The position numbers were made by a program, and so were the translations under genes. A stretch of DNA of 64,000 nucleotides, taken from Candidatus Hydrogenedentota bacterium (lineage in GTDB: Bacteria > Hydrogenedentota > Hydrogenedentia > Hydrogenedentales > SLHB01). Positions within the stretch are counted from its first letter, which is position 1. Every line of letters begins with the position of its first letter. Under the pieces are notes generated by a model that was given only the letters and a program-made list of their open reading frames with translations, searched no databases and was not told where the DNA came from. This document shows, one piece after another, positions 62,297 through 64,000 of the stretch. The stretch spans positions 16,009 to 80,008 of the forward strand of contig JARKSN010000276.1 of NCBI GenBank assembly GCA_029974275.1, read 5' to 3'.

Positions 62297-62330
62297 GAGC
62301 GGGAGGGCCCGTTTCCGGACCCTCCCGCTC
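62297..62330. other. Intergenic stem-loop between DUF1559 gene and hemE
   Basis: Perfect 11-bp arms gagcgggaggg / ccctcccgctc; no U-tract on either strand. Confidence 0.5.
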
Positions 62331-62369
62331 GGAATGATACGCCTCAAGACGAGGCCGTGTCACGAAGAA

Positions 62370-63476
62370 TCAACCACCGTCGGAGGTGCCGTTGGAGACG
62401 TCGTTCAGCCAGTTGACGCCGTCACCCGAGCCGGCCGGGGTCTTCGCCGTTACTTTCAACGGGAACTTGGATCCAAGCGGGGCAACCCACCGGATGAATT
62501 CCACGTGTCCGTCCATGAACAGCACGTTAGCGCCGCCCGGAACGTGGTTCGAGATCATGACGCCGGCGGTGTCGTTCAGCCACTGGCTCTGCGTGAAGAT
62601 GTCCCACATCACCGGGATTTCGCTCTGGGCCTGGTTGGAGGCGGCCGGGTTGTTGATATCGGTGATCAGGAAGCGCTCAACGCCTTCGCGGGTGCGGAAG
62701 ATGGTGTCAGGAACGCGTCCCGTGCAGCCTTCTTCCCATCCCTGCGCGTTGCCGCTGCAGCCGCCGCTCACGTCGCCGCGCGTCTTTATGTTGAGATCGC
62801 CATTACGCGTGCAATAGTACTGATTGCCCCAATCGGGCGTGGCCTTTGTGGTGGTGGCGCCGTAGCGATTCCGGTCCATCGTCTTGGCGTTGCCGCCGGG
62901 GATATAGGGGCAATTGGCGCCTACGGGCGATTCGACATAGTATCCCGCCACGTTGACCGCATTGCTGATTTTGGCGAAGGTGCTGTGCGCGCTTTGGCCT
63001 TGTGCTTGCGTACGCGTTGCATAGGGCCAGTAGATGTACGAGCGCGCATAGGACAGATGAAGCGCCAAGCAGGCCGTCGTGGCGTTGCCCTTCTGCATTT
63101 CATCCTGAATCTTCTTGAGGCCGTCATCGAATCCGATGCTGAGGCCGTACACGGCGGCGCCGCTATCGGACGGGCAACGAAGGATGTGGGGATCGCTCAG
63201 ATACTCGGGATAGGTGCTGAGCACATCCGGAGCAGGGCTGATTACGTTCCATCCATCATGCACGGTGCGATTCGTTTCGGGGAAATAGTCTTTGTTTTCG
63301 CCCGAATACATCTTCAAGACGATGCCCATCTGTTTCAGGTTATTCTGGCAGGACGAACGGCGGGCGGCTTCACGAGCGCGCGCCAGAGCCGGCAGCAGGA
63401 TGGCCGCCAAGATACCGATGATAGCGATAACGACCAAGAGCTCTATCAGCGTAAAGCCTTTTTTACGATTACTCAT
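62370..63476 (-). CDS. Prepilin-type N-terminal cleavage/methylation protein, DUF1559 with H-X9-DG C-terminal motif
   Basis: [71 protein letters not shown]. Confidence 0.92.
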   Translation of the reverse strand: MSNRKKGFTLIELLVVIAIIGILAAILLPALARAREAARRSSCQNNLKQMGIVLKMYSGENKDYFPETNRTVHDGWNVISPAPDVLSTYPEYLSDPHILRCPSDSGAAVYGLSIGFDDGLKKIQDEMQKGNATTACLALHLSYARSYIYWPYATRTQAQGQSAHSTFAKISNAVNVAGYYVESPVGANCPYIPGGNAKTMDRNRYGATTTKATPDWGNQYYCTRNGDLNIKTRGDVSGGCSGNAQGWEEGCTGRVPDTIFRTREGVERFLITDINNPAASNQAQSEIPVMWDIFTQSQWLNDTAGVMISNHVPGGANVLFMDGHVEFIRWVAPLGSKFPLKVTAKTPAGSGDGVNWLNDVSNGTSDGG

Positions 63477-64000
63477 GTTGAGATCACTCCTTGCTTCATT
63501 GTTGCGGCCTTATTTCTCCCCATGCCTTTGCGTGCATTCACGGCCGCCCTATGCACAGGCGCTCCCATCACCGTCGATTACAGAAACCGTCTCAATGCTT
63601 CGGGTTTTTTGTCCCCAAGCGAACTTCCTTCTTTTGTGTGTCACTACACCCCCCTTCTGGACTTTCCTTTGTCCCCTACTATTCCTACTCCTTCCCTTGG
63701 CTACGTGTCGTGTCATTCCCGATGCCTCGCGCATCCCCTGCATGACGAATTCCACGCCCACTGGCAAGGGTTAGTATAGCAAGGAAATCCCGGATTGGCT
63801 AGAGAATAATTTTCCGGACTTCTGGCAAAATTAGTATGCTCTTCGTACTGTAATGCCCGGCGCGTTGTCCGGCTTTTCCGCTATCTCCAAGCAATGCGAA
63901 GAGGGCAAGATGTTTATGCGCGATTTTTCGCGTATACGGGTGTCAGGCGAGGGCAAAAGCTACAGGATGGGCCCCTGTCTCCACAATATGTTACAATACA

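Noticed and set aside
63510..63560. GCACGCAAAG on the minus strand resembling a c-di-GMP-I riboswitch
   Set aside because: Upstream GGCAAAC and GNRA-capped stem are absent.

Overview
GC-rich bacterial chromosomal window with about 50 CDSs. I found no rRNA, tRNA, CRISPR array, transposase or prophage. Protein signatures (DUF1559 prepilin-like protein, C-terminal dockerin-like DAVDVQLxIN repeats, PEP-CTERM protein, exeAB) suggest a diderm organism, most plausibly Candidatus Hydrogenedentota; this is inference. Contents in order: truncated ABC ATPase; two tandem exported CocE/NonD hydrolases; recR and def; a degenerate GH42-like protein; a GT-C glycosyltransferase and a sulfatase-fold protein; carboxy(nor)spermidine dehydrogenase, rfbD, rfbB and an orphan PAS kinase; a minus-strand run ubiA(DPPR synthase)-DUF362-GT-C (frameshifted at a G8 tract)-aguA-aguB; GT2; EAL protein; menG-F-D-H-B; a PEP-CTERM gene with a sigma54-type promoter; Gfo-aroB-TPR-hypothetical; a two-gene operon (small protein plus large helicase-associated/WYL protein); a YtrA-type GntR ABC operon with an intergenic REP doublet; CPBP, nth, a NarL/NarX-type pair, lon-hsp20; GT2 plus GT-C; exeA-exeB with a (Pro-Ala)29 repeat; rluB; an aminotransferase; Tat-DUF362 plus polyferredoxin; hemE; DUF1559. 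The best candidate for an undescribed system is 37401-40111, where the two products resemble by eye the eukaryotic TFIIH subunits p8/Tfb5 and p52/Tfb2, the latter fused to a WYL domain, with no helicase encoded alongside. Second is the ubiA-DUF362-GT-C lipid-linked pentose module lacking dprE1/dprE2. All family calls come from motif recognition by eye, not database searches. Start codons were refined manually from RBS and gene-overlap evidence.
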